Below, piece after piece: positions 1 through 11,699 of a stretch of DNA of 64,000 bases; the stretch's first letter is position 1, and every line of letters starts with the position of its first letter. The notes below the pieces were generated by a model. That model did no database searches, had not been told where the DNA came from, and worked only from the letters and a program-made list of their open reading frames with translations. A program made the translations under genes and the position numbers. This DNA comes from Antechinus flavipes (Eukaryota): assembly GCF_016432865.1 (NCBI RefSeq), contig NC_067399.1, forward strand, positions 216,690,001 through 216,754,000, given 5' to 3'.

Positions 1-61
1 TTAAACTTAATTGAAATACAAATTGACAACACAAGTAGTTTTTAGTATATTCTTCATCTAA

Positions 62-303
62 CAAGTAGGTGGAGCTTATAGAGCTTCAGGCAGTATGCTC
101 ATCTTCCTGAGTTCAAATCCTGCCTCAGACACTCACTAGGTATATATCTCTGAGTAAATTTGTGAATCCTATTTTGCTCTGTTTCTTTATTATAAAACAA
201 GCTAGCTAAAGAAGCTAGATACCCCTCCAATATTTTTGCCAAGAAAACCCCAAATAGGTTACAAGTATTAGACACAACTAAAAATTACTGAGCAACAAAA
301 AAC
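62..303 (+). mobile_element. MAR1-type CORE-SINE
   Basis: tRNA-like head and core (tcctgagttcaaatcctgcctcagacact) followed by the RTE-type tail tttgccaagaaaaccccaaatagg...agacacaactaaa...gcaacaaaa. Confidence 0.75.
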
Positions 304-574
304 AATGCCCAACCTTCCTTCCCATCAGATCCCAGACTATACTAGATACTCAGGACCAGCTGTATCTTTGTTGTGCCCCTCCCTCATTGTATCCCATTCT
401 TATTTTTCGTTTGTGCCTTTACTCACATCAATCCCTTCATACTTCATGTCCTCTTGGTCTTTGATACTCAAATAAGACCCTGCTAAGACCTTCAAAGAAC
501 AGTTCACTCACTGTTCCTGTCATGAATTTTTTCCGGGCCAATCCTCTGCTTAATATTGAAGAAATGTGATATAT

Positions 575-1070
575 TAGAATGAACTCTGGACTTGCAATCA
601 GGAGAGAAATGCTTTCAAATATTGACTCAGACAGTTATCACTGACTTTGGATAAGTCATTGAACCTCTTAAAAACTCACTTCCTTCATCAACTTACATGG
701 GAAGAGTATTTCTTTGTAACACCTACCTTACACTCAGAGAGTTATTAGAAGACAAGTGTGTTAAAAAAAAATCTCTAGTGCTATGTGGAGGTGAGCTATT
801 TTTATCCATGGGTTCCCCTCTTTCTTGCCTAAACTACAACACTTTCATAGAATGAGTTCTGGGTTTGAAGTCAGATAAACCTGAGTTCATTTCTAGTTAA
901 GACACTTCCTGAGCAAGAAATTTAATCTCTCTCTGCCTCAGTTTCTTCAGCTCTAAAATGGGAATTACAATTTGCATCTACCTCATAGAGCTGAGGAAAA
1001 ATCAACTGTGATATCTTTAAAATACTTTCAACAATGACTGACCCATAGAAGTCACTTAGTTCCCTTCCAT
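575..1070 (+). mobile_element. two degenerate MIR SINEs
   Basis: core motifs ataagtcattgaacctc and aaacctgagttc...tctctgcctcagtttcttcagctctaaaatggga. Confidence 0.65.
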
Positions 1071-2040
1071 GTCATACAATGAAACATGCTGTCTTGTTAT
1101 TTTCATAACTATAACTATCTTCCTATTCTTTTTTCTTCAATCAAGCAGAAGGTTCTAAAGGAAAAGGGACTCTGGCTTAACATATTTTCTGTTCCTCCCT
1201 GGGTCCTTTACAGGATTGAGCACAAAGCTTAGGCTTAATAAAGGCTCATTCGGGGATTGATTTATTTCATTGGGACAGTTTCTGATGACGTTGAGTATGA
1301 AGGTTTGGGGAGCAGCTGGGCCTCTATTCCAGAGGAAAGCTCAGGCACATTCACATCCACCATATTGTGATTGCACTTTTTATTTCTTCAGACAAGCTGG
1401 GGTTGTGGCTCACCAGGGAGAGAGCCCACTTCCCTCTTCTGTTTAATCACCTCATTTTAGAAGATGCTCATTTGAATGGCACATTTGAATCTATTGGGCC
1501 ATTTCATTAACTTTTGAGAATTTGCTTCCCCAGGGTGCTTAGCTACTGGGAAGCTACTGGGGTGGGGGAGAAGATATTAATGCACAGCTAACATTATCTG
1601 GATGTCCAATTGTGCATGCATTACCAAGTAAGATAATGTATGTACAGCACTTTGTAAAACTAAAAACTCTGTGTAAATGCCCACTATTGCTGTTCTTCTC
1701 AATCACCATTTATTAAGCACTTGCCACCAAAGTGGTATTTCTATTGTGCAGATTAGAATATGGCATTTCTTTGCTGAGTAAGCTCCAGTGATTCCCCATG
1801 GCCCCTAGGACCAAATACAAACTTACATGTTTAACATCTAAAGCTCTTCCTACCCTTTTGCCCTTCATGCACATTACTTTCCTTCAAATATTTTATCATC
1901 CTACCAAAATGACCATCCTCCTATTGACATTCAGAAACTTTATTTCATTGCCTGTTTATGTGTCTTTGCCTAGGTTTTCCCCAACACCAATACACTCTTC
2001 TATTAATTGGCACCTATTGAAGTATTTAACTTTCAAATGT

Positions 2041-2192
2041 ATTCCATCCCCCCCACCCCCCAGGCAATTGGGGTTATGTGACTTGCCCAGGGTAACACAG
2101 CTAGGAAGTGTTAAGTGTTTGAGACTAGATTCGAACTTGGATCCTCCTGACTTCAGGACTAGTGTTCTATCCACTGCCCCACCTAGCTGCCC
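2041..2192 (-). mobile_element. WSINE1-like SINE with 11-bp TSD
   Basis: reverse complement of ggggcagctaggtggggcagtggatagaacactag...cctgggcaagtcacataaccccaattgcct; ctttcaaatgt flanks it at 2030-2040 and 2193-2203. Confidence 0.85.
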
Positions 2193-2499
2193 CTTTCAAA
2201 TGTCTTCTAAAAACACCACGCACCACATGAAGCTTATCCTCTTCCCTCAAGTGCATGCCCCTTTTAACAAGCTATTTACTTAGTATTTCATATTTACTTC
2301 TACCTACATATGCTCTTTTCCCCAATAAGCTCTGAATTTTTTTTAATTGTTTTTTTCATTTCTGTCTTTGAATCACTGGTGTAATACCTGGTGCATAACA
2401 AGCACTTAATAAATGCTTATTATTTTATTAGTTTATATTTATTAGTTATTGATTCATACCTTCCCAAATCAAGCCAAAGTAAGGAAAGTTCACACTGCA

Positions 2500-3400
2500 T
2501 CGTGGATCAAATATTGTCAGTTTAATGGAAAACATGGACAAGAGTAATGCAAGGTGAGCAGCCATGTATGAATTCTGATCTGCTTTGTTAAAGGGAATAC
2601 TAACACCAGTAATAACAGAGATCCATTAAAATTTTTGACGATTATCATTACTCTTATTGTTTTAGTTACAGTACTCTAATTTCTGAAGTTCTTACTTCAG
2701 GAAACAAACATTTGTATGCAGTATTTTAAGTTCTGGGGCACCTGAAGTACTGGTCCAGGTTCCTGGTGGCAGGTAGCCCTTCTCAAGTAGGGGGACACCA
2801 GGAAAAGGTCATTTTCACATGTCATTCCTCAACTGCAACCGGTTTTATTCCAAGGCTGCAAACATAAGGGGGAGAAAGAAGTGAAAGTAAATGCAAGAGA
2901 GGAACCAGCATTGGCTCTTCAAGTGCCCCAGTGACCCTGGTTTGACGTTCTCCTTAGAACATATTTAATGATCTTGGCATCAGCAATTCCCCTGAAGTTT
3001 ATACCCTATACCAACTACATAGATAAAGGGTCAGAGGCTGTGTCTATACAGCAGGAAATGAGTGGTCCACATTGCCAAACATCGATTACTGCCTCTGCCC
3101 ATGGGATGTCTTAATGACTGAACTGAACTCACAGTTTGTTTCTGACCCTGTGTCAGTACCGTGCTGATAAAGCCATATCGTTGCAGTTTTATTTTATTTT
3201 ATTTTATTTCTTTTGTCACTTCTGTCTATTCTCAGTCCTTATTAAAAGTGATTGCTCATACCATGGGCTGAGAGTTCTTTTGTGCCATGTGATTGATGCT
3301 TCCCAGGCAGATATGCTGTAAGAACTTCCTAGTTTCTCTCCATGAAGTTCTGCTTGATCTGATGTTGCTTCATTCTCATTCAGAAGCCTTGTTATGTATC
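2500..3400. promoter_or_regulatory. unique CpG-retaining block, candidate conserved noncoding element/enhancer
   Basis: no repeat similarity recognised; higher GC than the background; about 7 CpGs in 900 bp of otherwise CpG-depleted DNA. Confidence 0.3.
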
Positions 3401-3499
3401 AGTCAGTTTCTTAGTCTGAGGAAGACTCTTTAAAATCCCATTGAATTTCCAAATTATGTAGACATAGATCTGCATACCTTGTAAAAAAAAATGGTCTAG

Positions 3500-3607
3500 G
3501 AGCTTCCTCCCTCCCCACTTCCAACCTTCCTTTCCTTTCCTCCCTCCCTCCTTCTCTTTCTCATTCCTTCCTTCCTTCCCTCCTTCATTTTCTCCTTTCC
3601 CCCCTTC
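3500..3607 (+). repeat. (CTTC/CCCT)n polypyrimidine tract running into the gap
   Basis: direct reading. Confidence 0.85.
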
Positions 3608-3910
3608 NNNNNNNNNNNNNNNNNNNNNNNNNNNNNNNNNNNNNNNNNNNNNNNNNNNNNNNNNNNNNNNNNNNNNNNNNNNNNNNNNNNNNNNNNNNNN
3701 NNNNNNNNNNNNNNNNNNNNNNNNNNNNNNNNNNNNNNNNNNNNNNNNNNNNNNNNNNNNNNNNNNNNNNNNNNNNNNNNNNNNNNNNNNNNNNNNNNNN
3801 NNNNNNNNNNNNNNNNNNNNNNNNNNNNNNNNNNNNNNNNNNNNNNNNNNNNNNNNNNNNNNNNNNNNNNNNNNNNNNNNNNNNNNNNNNNNNNNNNNNN
3901 NNNNNNNNNN
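3608..3910. other. assembly gap (303 N)
   Basis: run of N. Confidence 0.99.
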
Positions 3911-4040
3911 AATGAGAGTGTGCACAAAATCAAATGAGAAATATGAATGTGATGGTTCCTGAATTGGTACTGAGAATATTTCTAGAATCTCCTCTTCATC
4001 ATACTTGAACAGTCTATTTTTCTCTATTTCTCCCTTAGTC

Positions 4041-4095
4041 GGGGGTGGGGGGGGAGGGGGGAAAGGGGAGGGGAGAGTTGGGAGGGGGGAATGGG
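4041..4095 (+). other. G-rich tract with G-quadruplex potential
   Basis: at least six runs of 3 or more G with short loops. Confidence 0.6.
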
Positions 4096-5029
4096 AACTT
4101 TCCTATGCATCATCTTGCAAAGCTATAATTTTGTAGCCCGTGCTAGTATTGATCCAAGTCCATTCAGTCCTTCAGGAATTATTTGTTCCTCATAATATCA
4201 TGGAAATATTTTCCATGAACTGAGACAACAGGAACTTTAAAGTGTTTATATTAGCATGATAATAACATTATAAGAGGCATAGTATAAGTAGGGCAGAAAA
4301 TAATTGGATCCAGTAAAGGGAACAAGAAATTCATATCCCCAACTCAAGCTTATTTGGGATGAATGTGACATCCTTTGAATGCCCATTTGTTTAACACAGT
4401 GATTGGCAAATAGTAATTAATAAATACTTCTTGACTGATTGACAATGGAATAATGAATAATCAGTCAATTTAATGATTACTACTATCATTCTCCCAATTC
4501 TCATTACACTAGGGGAATGTATAAACTTTTATGGCCCATGGAAAGCCATCCCCCATTGGAAAAGTGGAAAATATCTTAGCCCCATCCTAGGGGTGTATAC
4601 TGACTTTCAATGAATATTTTGTTCTTTAGGATAACTCTGGATCATCTTTCCAATCCCATCAAATATCATAAACAATAAGCAACAAATGAAATCATGATCT
4701 CTAATAATCACAATGTTTGCTTATTATTTTTATGCTTATTTATGTCCTTACCTCTCTTACTAGAATATAAGTTCTTTACATACGGACATTATTTTGTTCT
4801 TTCAGTTTCTTTTCACAGTGCTTACCACATTGTCTGGCACTTAATAAACTCTTATTAACTGATGACTATAATAATAGCTGTCATTTACATAGTACTTTAA
4901 AATCTATAAAGTATTTGCATACCTAATCACATTTGATCCTTGCTGCAGTTATCCCTTCCACATCACTGGAGTTAAAGGCTTGAAGCCCCTGGATCTGAAA
5001 AATCCATGTAAAAAAATTTTTTTTTTCTT

Positions 5030-5165
5030 TGTGAGACAATTGGGGTTAAGTATCATGTTCAGGGTCACACAGCTATTAAGTGTTAAATATCTAAGGTCAC
5101 ATTTGTATTCTAGTCCTCCTGACTCCATGGATAATGCTTTATCTACTACACCATCTAGTTGCCTA
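5030..5165 (-). mobile_element. WSINE1-like SINE
   Basis: T tail then gagacaattggggttaag...cagggtcacacagcta...tcctcctgactcc...ccatctagttgcc. Confidence 0.8.
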
Positions 5166-6254
5166 TTTTGTAAAAAAAAACTTTGACCCTCCCTTCATAC
5201 CAGAGAAGAAATATGAATTATCATGGTAGTAAATGAGAAAGTATGTTGATATTACACAATAATATCATTATATGTCACATAATATATGTAATATATTATA
5301 TATAATAAATACATGCATATATTTATATTTATGCATTTCTGAGCTTCTAAACTTTTTCTGTGTCACCTACTGTCATCTGCATATCATCTGCAGCTTCCAT
5401 AAAATTCCCATTTAATTTCTTATGCTGAGGATAAAACCATGATGGACAAAGTCTTTCAAGAGATGGGATTACTGTACAACTTTGTGAGATAGGTGCTTTT
5501 ACTGACCTCCTTTTACAAAAAAGAAGACTGAGGTGAGAGAGGTTCAACGACTCAGGATTATTATAACTAGTAATTGAGGTGGAATTTGAACAGAGATCTT
5601 TTTGGCTCTGAATCCAGCATCCTCTTCACTCTTTCATAAGGTCTTTCAAAGCAATCATGTTAAAATCACTTGGATAATGTAAGATTCTATATTAAAGATT
5701 TATGGTCAAGAATCCTGTCCCAGAATGGATGAGGAAGAAGGATAAGTTTTCTTCTCCCTGAACTAGGGATGAATATCATAGGTATTTGGCTAGACTTAGC
5801 AAAAAAAAAAAAAAAAAAAAAAATAGAGAGAGAAATTCTGCCCTCAAAGAATTAATTAGAAAGGAGATAATAAAACTTGGCCTCTAATCTCTACCTTCTG
5901 GGAATCAGGGAAAATAATTGAGGTGATGAGGGCTAAGACTTTGTCAGAGGCTATTTTATTTATGACTCACCCACTGAAAGTAAGAGGAACAAAGACACAT
6001 TCAAATTGAAAGGAAGCATGGAGGGATAAGTTCCTTCTTTGAAAGGAAGGGGGAAAAATAGGCATTCAGATTGATAGGCTGGATAAGAATTTTCTTCTTC
6101 TTTTCTTTCTGAGAAGGTCATACTCAAACTTTGGGGAATTGCTAGGCCATTTAGTAAATGTAGTATCATCTGGAGTCTCCTCAGCAACAGTTACTATACA
6201 AATAGAAATTTCTTCATTTACAAAATCATCCACAAATGTTGCATGTTTTAATTC

Positions 6255-6500
6255 CATTACATAAGTACTTGAGTGCCTACTACGTGCCAAGGCCTGTACT
6301 AGGTACTGGGCATGCAAAGTCAGAATGAAAACAGCTCCCGCCAAACAGTTTACCTTGGTGATAGGTAGGGGGTGGCTAGAGAGGAGAGATGGGAAACACT
6401 GTGAATACAAGAAAATTCAATCTTTATAACAAATTAAGTGCAAAACAAATATGGAGGTAAGGGAGTTATAATAATTAGGAGAATCAGGAGATATCTCATA
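6255..6500 (-). mobile_element. L2 3' end fragment
   Basis: aagtacttgagtgcctactacgtgccaaggcctgtactaggtactggg is the reverse complement of the L2 terminus. Confidence 0.7.
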
Positions 6501-7034
6501 TAATAAGTAGTCCTTGACATGTTTGTTTTTTCCATCCAAGCATTTTAACTACACCTAAGATTAATAAAAATATCAGGCATTAATTTTAATTCCCAATTTA
6601 TGGAGTGCTTTAAAATCCATTATTTTATTTAATTTCATAAAATCTCTACGAAATAACTAGGATAGATGTTATTAATTCCATTTTATAGATAAAGAAAATG
6701 AGACTCAGGAAATATGACCTTGCAAAGTTATTCAGTATCAGACCAATTCTATAGTCCATCACCCAACATGCTAAAAGAATAGTATAGACAAGTGTAAATT
6801 TTATCAGAATAAGCATTTTTATAGGCTGAGGAGGTATACCAGGAAGTATTTATAGGACAAATGAATCTTGAAATTATTAACAAAATGACCCTTGTGTCCA
6901 TAAAGGAATTTGAAAGGAAAGAATGAAATGAAAATATACCCATTAAAAGCATTGATTGTCTGAGAAAAGGTTTGTAGGGGAGAGAAACTTCTATAAGGGA
7001 GCAGACAAGGGTAGAGCAAGGAAGTGGAAAAGGG

Positions 7035-7110
7035 GTGATATATTATAATTTGATATGATATATATGATATATAGTATGATATATATATTATAATATATAT
7101 TATATTATAG
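7035..7110. repeat. (TA/TGATA)n AT-rich microsatellite
   Basis: direct reading. Confidence 0.8.
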
Positions 7111-8001
7111 TTTCTAGTATTGTAGGCCAAATTTGAACTCATGTCATTTTGACTCTAGGTCTAGTGATCTATTCACTTTACCATCTAGCTGCTGCTAAAA
7201 TTTAAATAAATAAATAGGGAAAAGAAATTAAGTACTTTCTATGTGCAAATTAATTCTAGCTAAATTCTGAGGATTCAAAACTAAAAATGGATTCATTCAA
7301 CTACATTTATTAAGGGCTTACTTAAACTATGTACAATGCCCTGTGCTAGCTGTTGAGGATGCAAAGACTAAGACAAACCAGGAAATTAATATTCTGATGG
7401 GGAAAGTTAATATATATTGAGAAACAGGGTCCAGTCATTATATTTTGTTTTGGAAAGACACAGGGATAGTAATTAGACCTGGAAATATTAGATTGATACA
7501 ACTATTCTAATAACAATATTGATCAAAGTATAGTTCTAGAGCTATAATAGGAGGATGTTGGTAGGGGAAACTGTATACACGCTGCCCCTTTCTCCCATAC
7601 TATAGAAAACAGAGGAGTATCTGAATCCTTTTTTCATTAATAAAACCTAATTAAGCCTTCATTAATGAGGGAAGAACTGATTATTATTCTGTTTGTCAGC
7701 AGGACCAAAAGAGGAAACTTACCATTTAAAGAGCACTCTCTAAGTTTGAATTCTGATGGAATATAACCTGTTTCCAAACCTACGTGAAAGATAATCTTAG
7801 GACCTAAAACACAACGTGCTCTATTGAAAAGGACTTCTGGATTTGTAATTAGATAAATGGGGTTGGTATTTCAACTATGCTACTGACTACCTATGTTAAG
7901 TTTGGGAAATCATTTGGGAAAACACTCTGGGTCTCAAGTGTGTAATGATCTTATGATCCTATTTGATCCTTCTTAGCCTCAGTTTTCTCATGGAAAGGAA
8001 A

Positions 8002-8529
8002 TGTAATGCCAGAGAAACTGAGGCAAGATAGAGGTTAGAGAGTTTTTAATATTTTATTTGAAAGGGAGAGATTTACTGGAGGCAGAGCAGAATCCATTCT
8101 GCCTCCAGGGCTGAATGAGACTATTGTCTCCAAGAATGCAGCATCCAGCAGCTAATGTGTGCTTCCCATGAAGTATATATGCTCATGGCTCTAAACTACC
8201 AGGGGGAAGACTGAGACAGGGGCAGAGTCAGAGCACTGAAAGCTGGAAGGGACTATCAATCCCGTCCTGAAAAGGTTGGGGGAGGCCCCAGACCTTCTGA
8301 TAAGTTGGGATCAAGAAGAACAGTGACAGAATGGGGGAAGCCACTGGACATTCTGATAAGTAGGGAAAGTCTAGAGTTATGATGTCTAAGGTAAAAGATC
8401 TTTCTCCTTATCTGGATCATGATGATTAGGAGGGGGGATGTTGCATTCAGGCAGAACAATTCAGGGAAATTGAAGTAGAACAATTAGGGAAACTGAGGTA
8501 GAATAATCAAAGGAACCTGTGGCACAACA
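8002..8529 (-). mobile_element. solo ERV LTR (~528 bp)
   Basis: TG...CA termini (tgtaatgcc...ggcacaaca); 4-bp TSD gaaa at 7998-8001 and 8530-8533; minus-strand AATAAA near 8053-8059; internal ~24-bp repeats (gcagaacaattcagggaaa); ends shared with the element at 59910. Confidence 0.85.
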
Positions 8530-10214
8530 GAAAAACAAAACATTCTCTGAGGCAGGTAGGAAGATTGAGTATATGTACACAGAAAAGATGATAATTTAGC
8601 TCACTTTTTATTACCAAGTAGGAGGTGAAGTCATTGATTTCAAGAGTGGGAAGTGGACGTGGGGAGTTGTTCTTTTCAAAATGCTTGGCTTCATGTCTAT
8701 TTATATACTTCTGGTTAATTTAAAGGACCAATGGGACACTTTCATACACTTTATCAATTGTTTTAAGGACTTGACTTCACAGTATAAAGAATGACTCATT
8801 CAGATGGAATGCATTTTATTATCTTAGAATAAAATATTAGATATCTTATTTAACCCTGTAATCACTAACTACCAATCTTGTGCATCCTTTTCCTGAGCCC
8901 TCTCTTAAGCCAGTTTATATGCTAGCCCTTACTTCTCAAAAAACAAAATAATAGATATGTTGTGGCTTATGGGTAAAAGAGAAAGCCCTACGCTCCCCCC
9001 ACCACCACCACCACCACACCTACCCCTTTTCATAAGTCTCTGTCTTTTCAGACTCTGTTGTTAGTTTTTTGATGATGTTATTAAAGATGCTATTGCATGT
9101 GATATGTTTTTTAACATACAGTATAACTCCAAAGTCTCCATGTCTTTCATTCCAATGGATCTTTATAGAGCTCAGATTTTATTGTTGCCAAATAAGCTAA
9201 TGGAGCAGAGTCTAGAATTGGCAACCAATCAGAGTCTATTCCTCTACAACTCCATCAACCCCATGACCATCAATATACTGTTTGATTTTTATTTATTTCA
9301 CCATAGGTTTTAGCAAAATCAAGTGATACATTCTGATATTTCTTCATTGATTAATAAATTTATAACTTACTTATATATGAGCCCATACCCCAGTTTATCA
9401 CATGCCACTAATAAATAAAACTACTTTTCTTTAAACTTTTATCCATATTTCTATACATTAAGTCAATTGTCATATTTCTTTGACTTAATAAAATTATTGA
9501 CTCTACAAAATTTTTAAATATAACAATGAAACAAGCACAGAAATTGGCATTTTCTAAATATCTTTTCAGAGAAAAATCAGTTAGACTGAAATCTAACTAT
9601 TGCTACTCTTGACTAAGCCTCACTCTATAGTAGTCTTCAGTTCTCTGATGATAGGAGCTAACGTGTTTAATTGTTCCTTTGCACTATAAAAGTTAAATTC
9701 AATTTCTTATGAAATAAGCTCTCTTCATCCTTTTTCTTTGTATTTCATTCATTTTTTTCTATATATAATAGATATCTTTCCAAAATAACAATTGAACTAT
9801 ACATCTCTTAAGATTCTCTTCCCTCTTAAAAATGTAATAGACATAGATAGTTACTTTGAGAGGGAATATTGAAGTTAGTGTTACCATAATAATACATTTA
9901 TCATTTCAAGTATCAAGGTTTCACATGGCATTTTTTCAGAAAAGCACCAAAATTTCAAGGTCAGGAAACAAATTCCATTAGTCATCAAAATCAATGCTAC
10001 TTTATTCATGCACTGTGAACATCATATAAACAAATGACCAATTGATAATGCATCTGAAATAGAAATGAATTCATAAGTTCTTACTGTTACCATGTCCATG
10101 GGTAAAGAGCAATTATTATCTATAGTACATAGGAGATAAGCTCAACAAAGACCTCAAAAATAACAACAGCAATAACAGTTAACATTCATATAGCTCTTAA
10201 AGGTCACATCATTA

Positions 10215-10400
10215 AATATATTATATATATATATATATCTCACAGATCACAAATATATACTATATATACATATCAAATCATATAATATTACATATTATAT
10301 ATATACATATGTATGTATGTATATATATATATATACATATGGAGGAGGCTGATGGTAGAAATAGTACAAGAAAACATGTATGTGTGTGCATGTATGTGTA
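10215..10400. repeat. (TA)n/(TATG)n microsatellite region
   Basis: direct reading. Confidence 0.8.
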
Positions 10401-10791
10401 TAATTTACTGTTTGTTTTCTTGTATAAAATGGTGCAATTATCTAAGTATTTGAAAAATTATTTATATATGGAATTCAACATATCTTACTTTTTGTTAATC
10501 AATAAACATTCATTCATTCATTTGTTTCATCAATCATTCATGCCTACTATGTGCCAGGCAGAAAAATACTAAGTGAATATTTGCATAATACTATCATTTA
10601 AATCTCAGAACTTTTGTAGTTAAAAATAAGCTTTTAAAATTTCAATGACAATATTATGCAAAAACTTATTCACTTAGTATTTCCCTATTAACATGGAACT
10701 GTCATATTTCTTTGCATTCAGAACACAGATAAATAAGGTGATGTGCCAAAAAAATTCATCATTTAATGGCTACCTTCCTGGTCATGGGCAT

Positions 10792-10949
10792 NNNNNNNNN
10801 NNNNNNNNNNNNNNNNNNNNNNNNNNNNNNNNNNNNNNNNNNNNNNNNNNNNNNNNNNNNNNNNNNNNNNNNNNNNNNNNNNNNNNNNNNNNNNNNNNNN
10901 NNNNNNNNNNNNNNNNNNNNNNNNNNNNNNNNNNNNNNNNNNNNNNNNN
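10792..10949. other. assembly gap (158 N)
   Basis: run of N. Confidence 0.99.
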
Positions 10950-11244
10950 ATACCAAGGAAATAGATTAAGCACCTTTTCATGTTACATTTAAGAGTAGAG
11001 AATATTCAATAAATGTTTTATTGATGATGCAGATAATTTTAATCCTAGTGACAATGATGAACTAGATTATCACTTTTTCTAAATTATTCCAGTGATATAC
11101 AGGAAATTAACTGAAGGTCATAGGGTAATGGAATTTAGAGCAAAAAAAGAACCTTAGCAGGCCCCTAGCCAAAGGTCTCGATTGTTTAGCCTAGTCCACA
11201 TCATCATCAAATGAGCCCCAATCAGATTAAAATGTAATTCAGAA

Positions 11245-11560
11245 ATATTATAGCCACATGAAAAAGAAATGATGTAAATCATTTTTATTGGAGAAATGCA
11301 AATTAAAACAACCTTGAGATGAAATCTTATGCTTAACTTATCACATGGGCTACAATGATTGAAGGGGAAAGCAACAAATGTTAGAAGGGATGTGGAAACA
11401 TTGGGACACTAATTTACTCCTGGTAGAATTGTGAACTGAAGTATTTAGCAATAACACCAAACAAATAAACCAAAAAAAAAAAAATTACATTATGAAGCTA
11501 AGTCAATATGCCACCTCTAGAGATTGCCATGTATGTATCTATCAATGGCTCTCTTTTCTA
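11245..11560 (+). mobile_element. L1 ORF2 C-terminal fragment
   Basis: gagaaatgcaaattaaaacaaccttgagat...aacaaatgttagaagggatgtggaaacattgggacactaat matches the L1 ORF2 3' region. Confidence 0.8.
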
Positions 11561-11699
11561 TTTCTATTTGATATCATTATTCTCTCACAACTTATACCAA
11601 CAAATCTGATAGGCAGAAGACCTTCCAAGAAGGATGAAAACACCAACTCCCTAAGCAGATTGTTTCAATTTTGGAAATATCTATTTATTAAGAAATATT

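Noticed and set aside
1798-2283. Longest N-free ORF (161 aa)
   Set aside because: It reads through L2-like sequence and an antisense WSINE1; RQLGLCDLPRVTQL is the typical SINE pseudo-translation.
2720-2863. Minus-strand segment with a good acceptor (ctcccccttatgtttgcag)
   Set aside because: Early stops in all frames and a weak donor; not supportable as a coding exon.
3392-3933. ORFs spanning N gaps (also at 10.7-11.0 kb and 62.4-63.0 kb)
   Set aside because: Artefacts of translating N as X.
6066-6410. 114-aa minus-strand ORF with an acidic patch and an RKKRRRK basic cluster
   Set aside because: The first half is an L2 3' end; there is no splice acceptor or recognisable homolog, and the basic cluster comes from a CTT-rich low-complexity tract.
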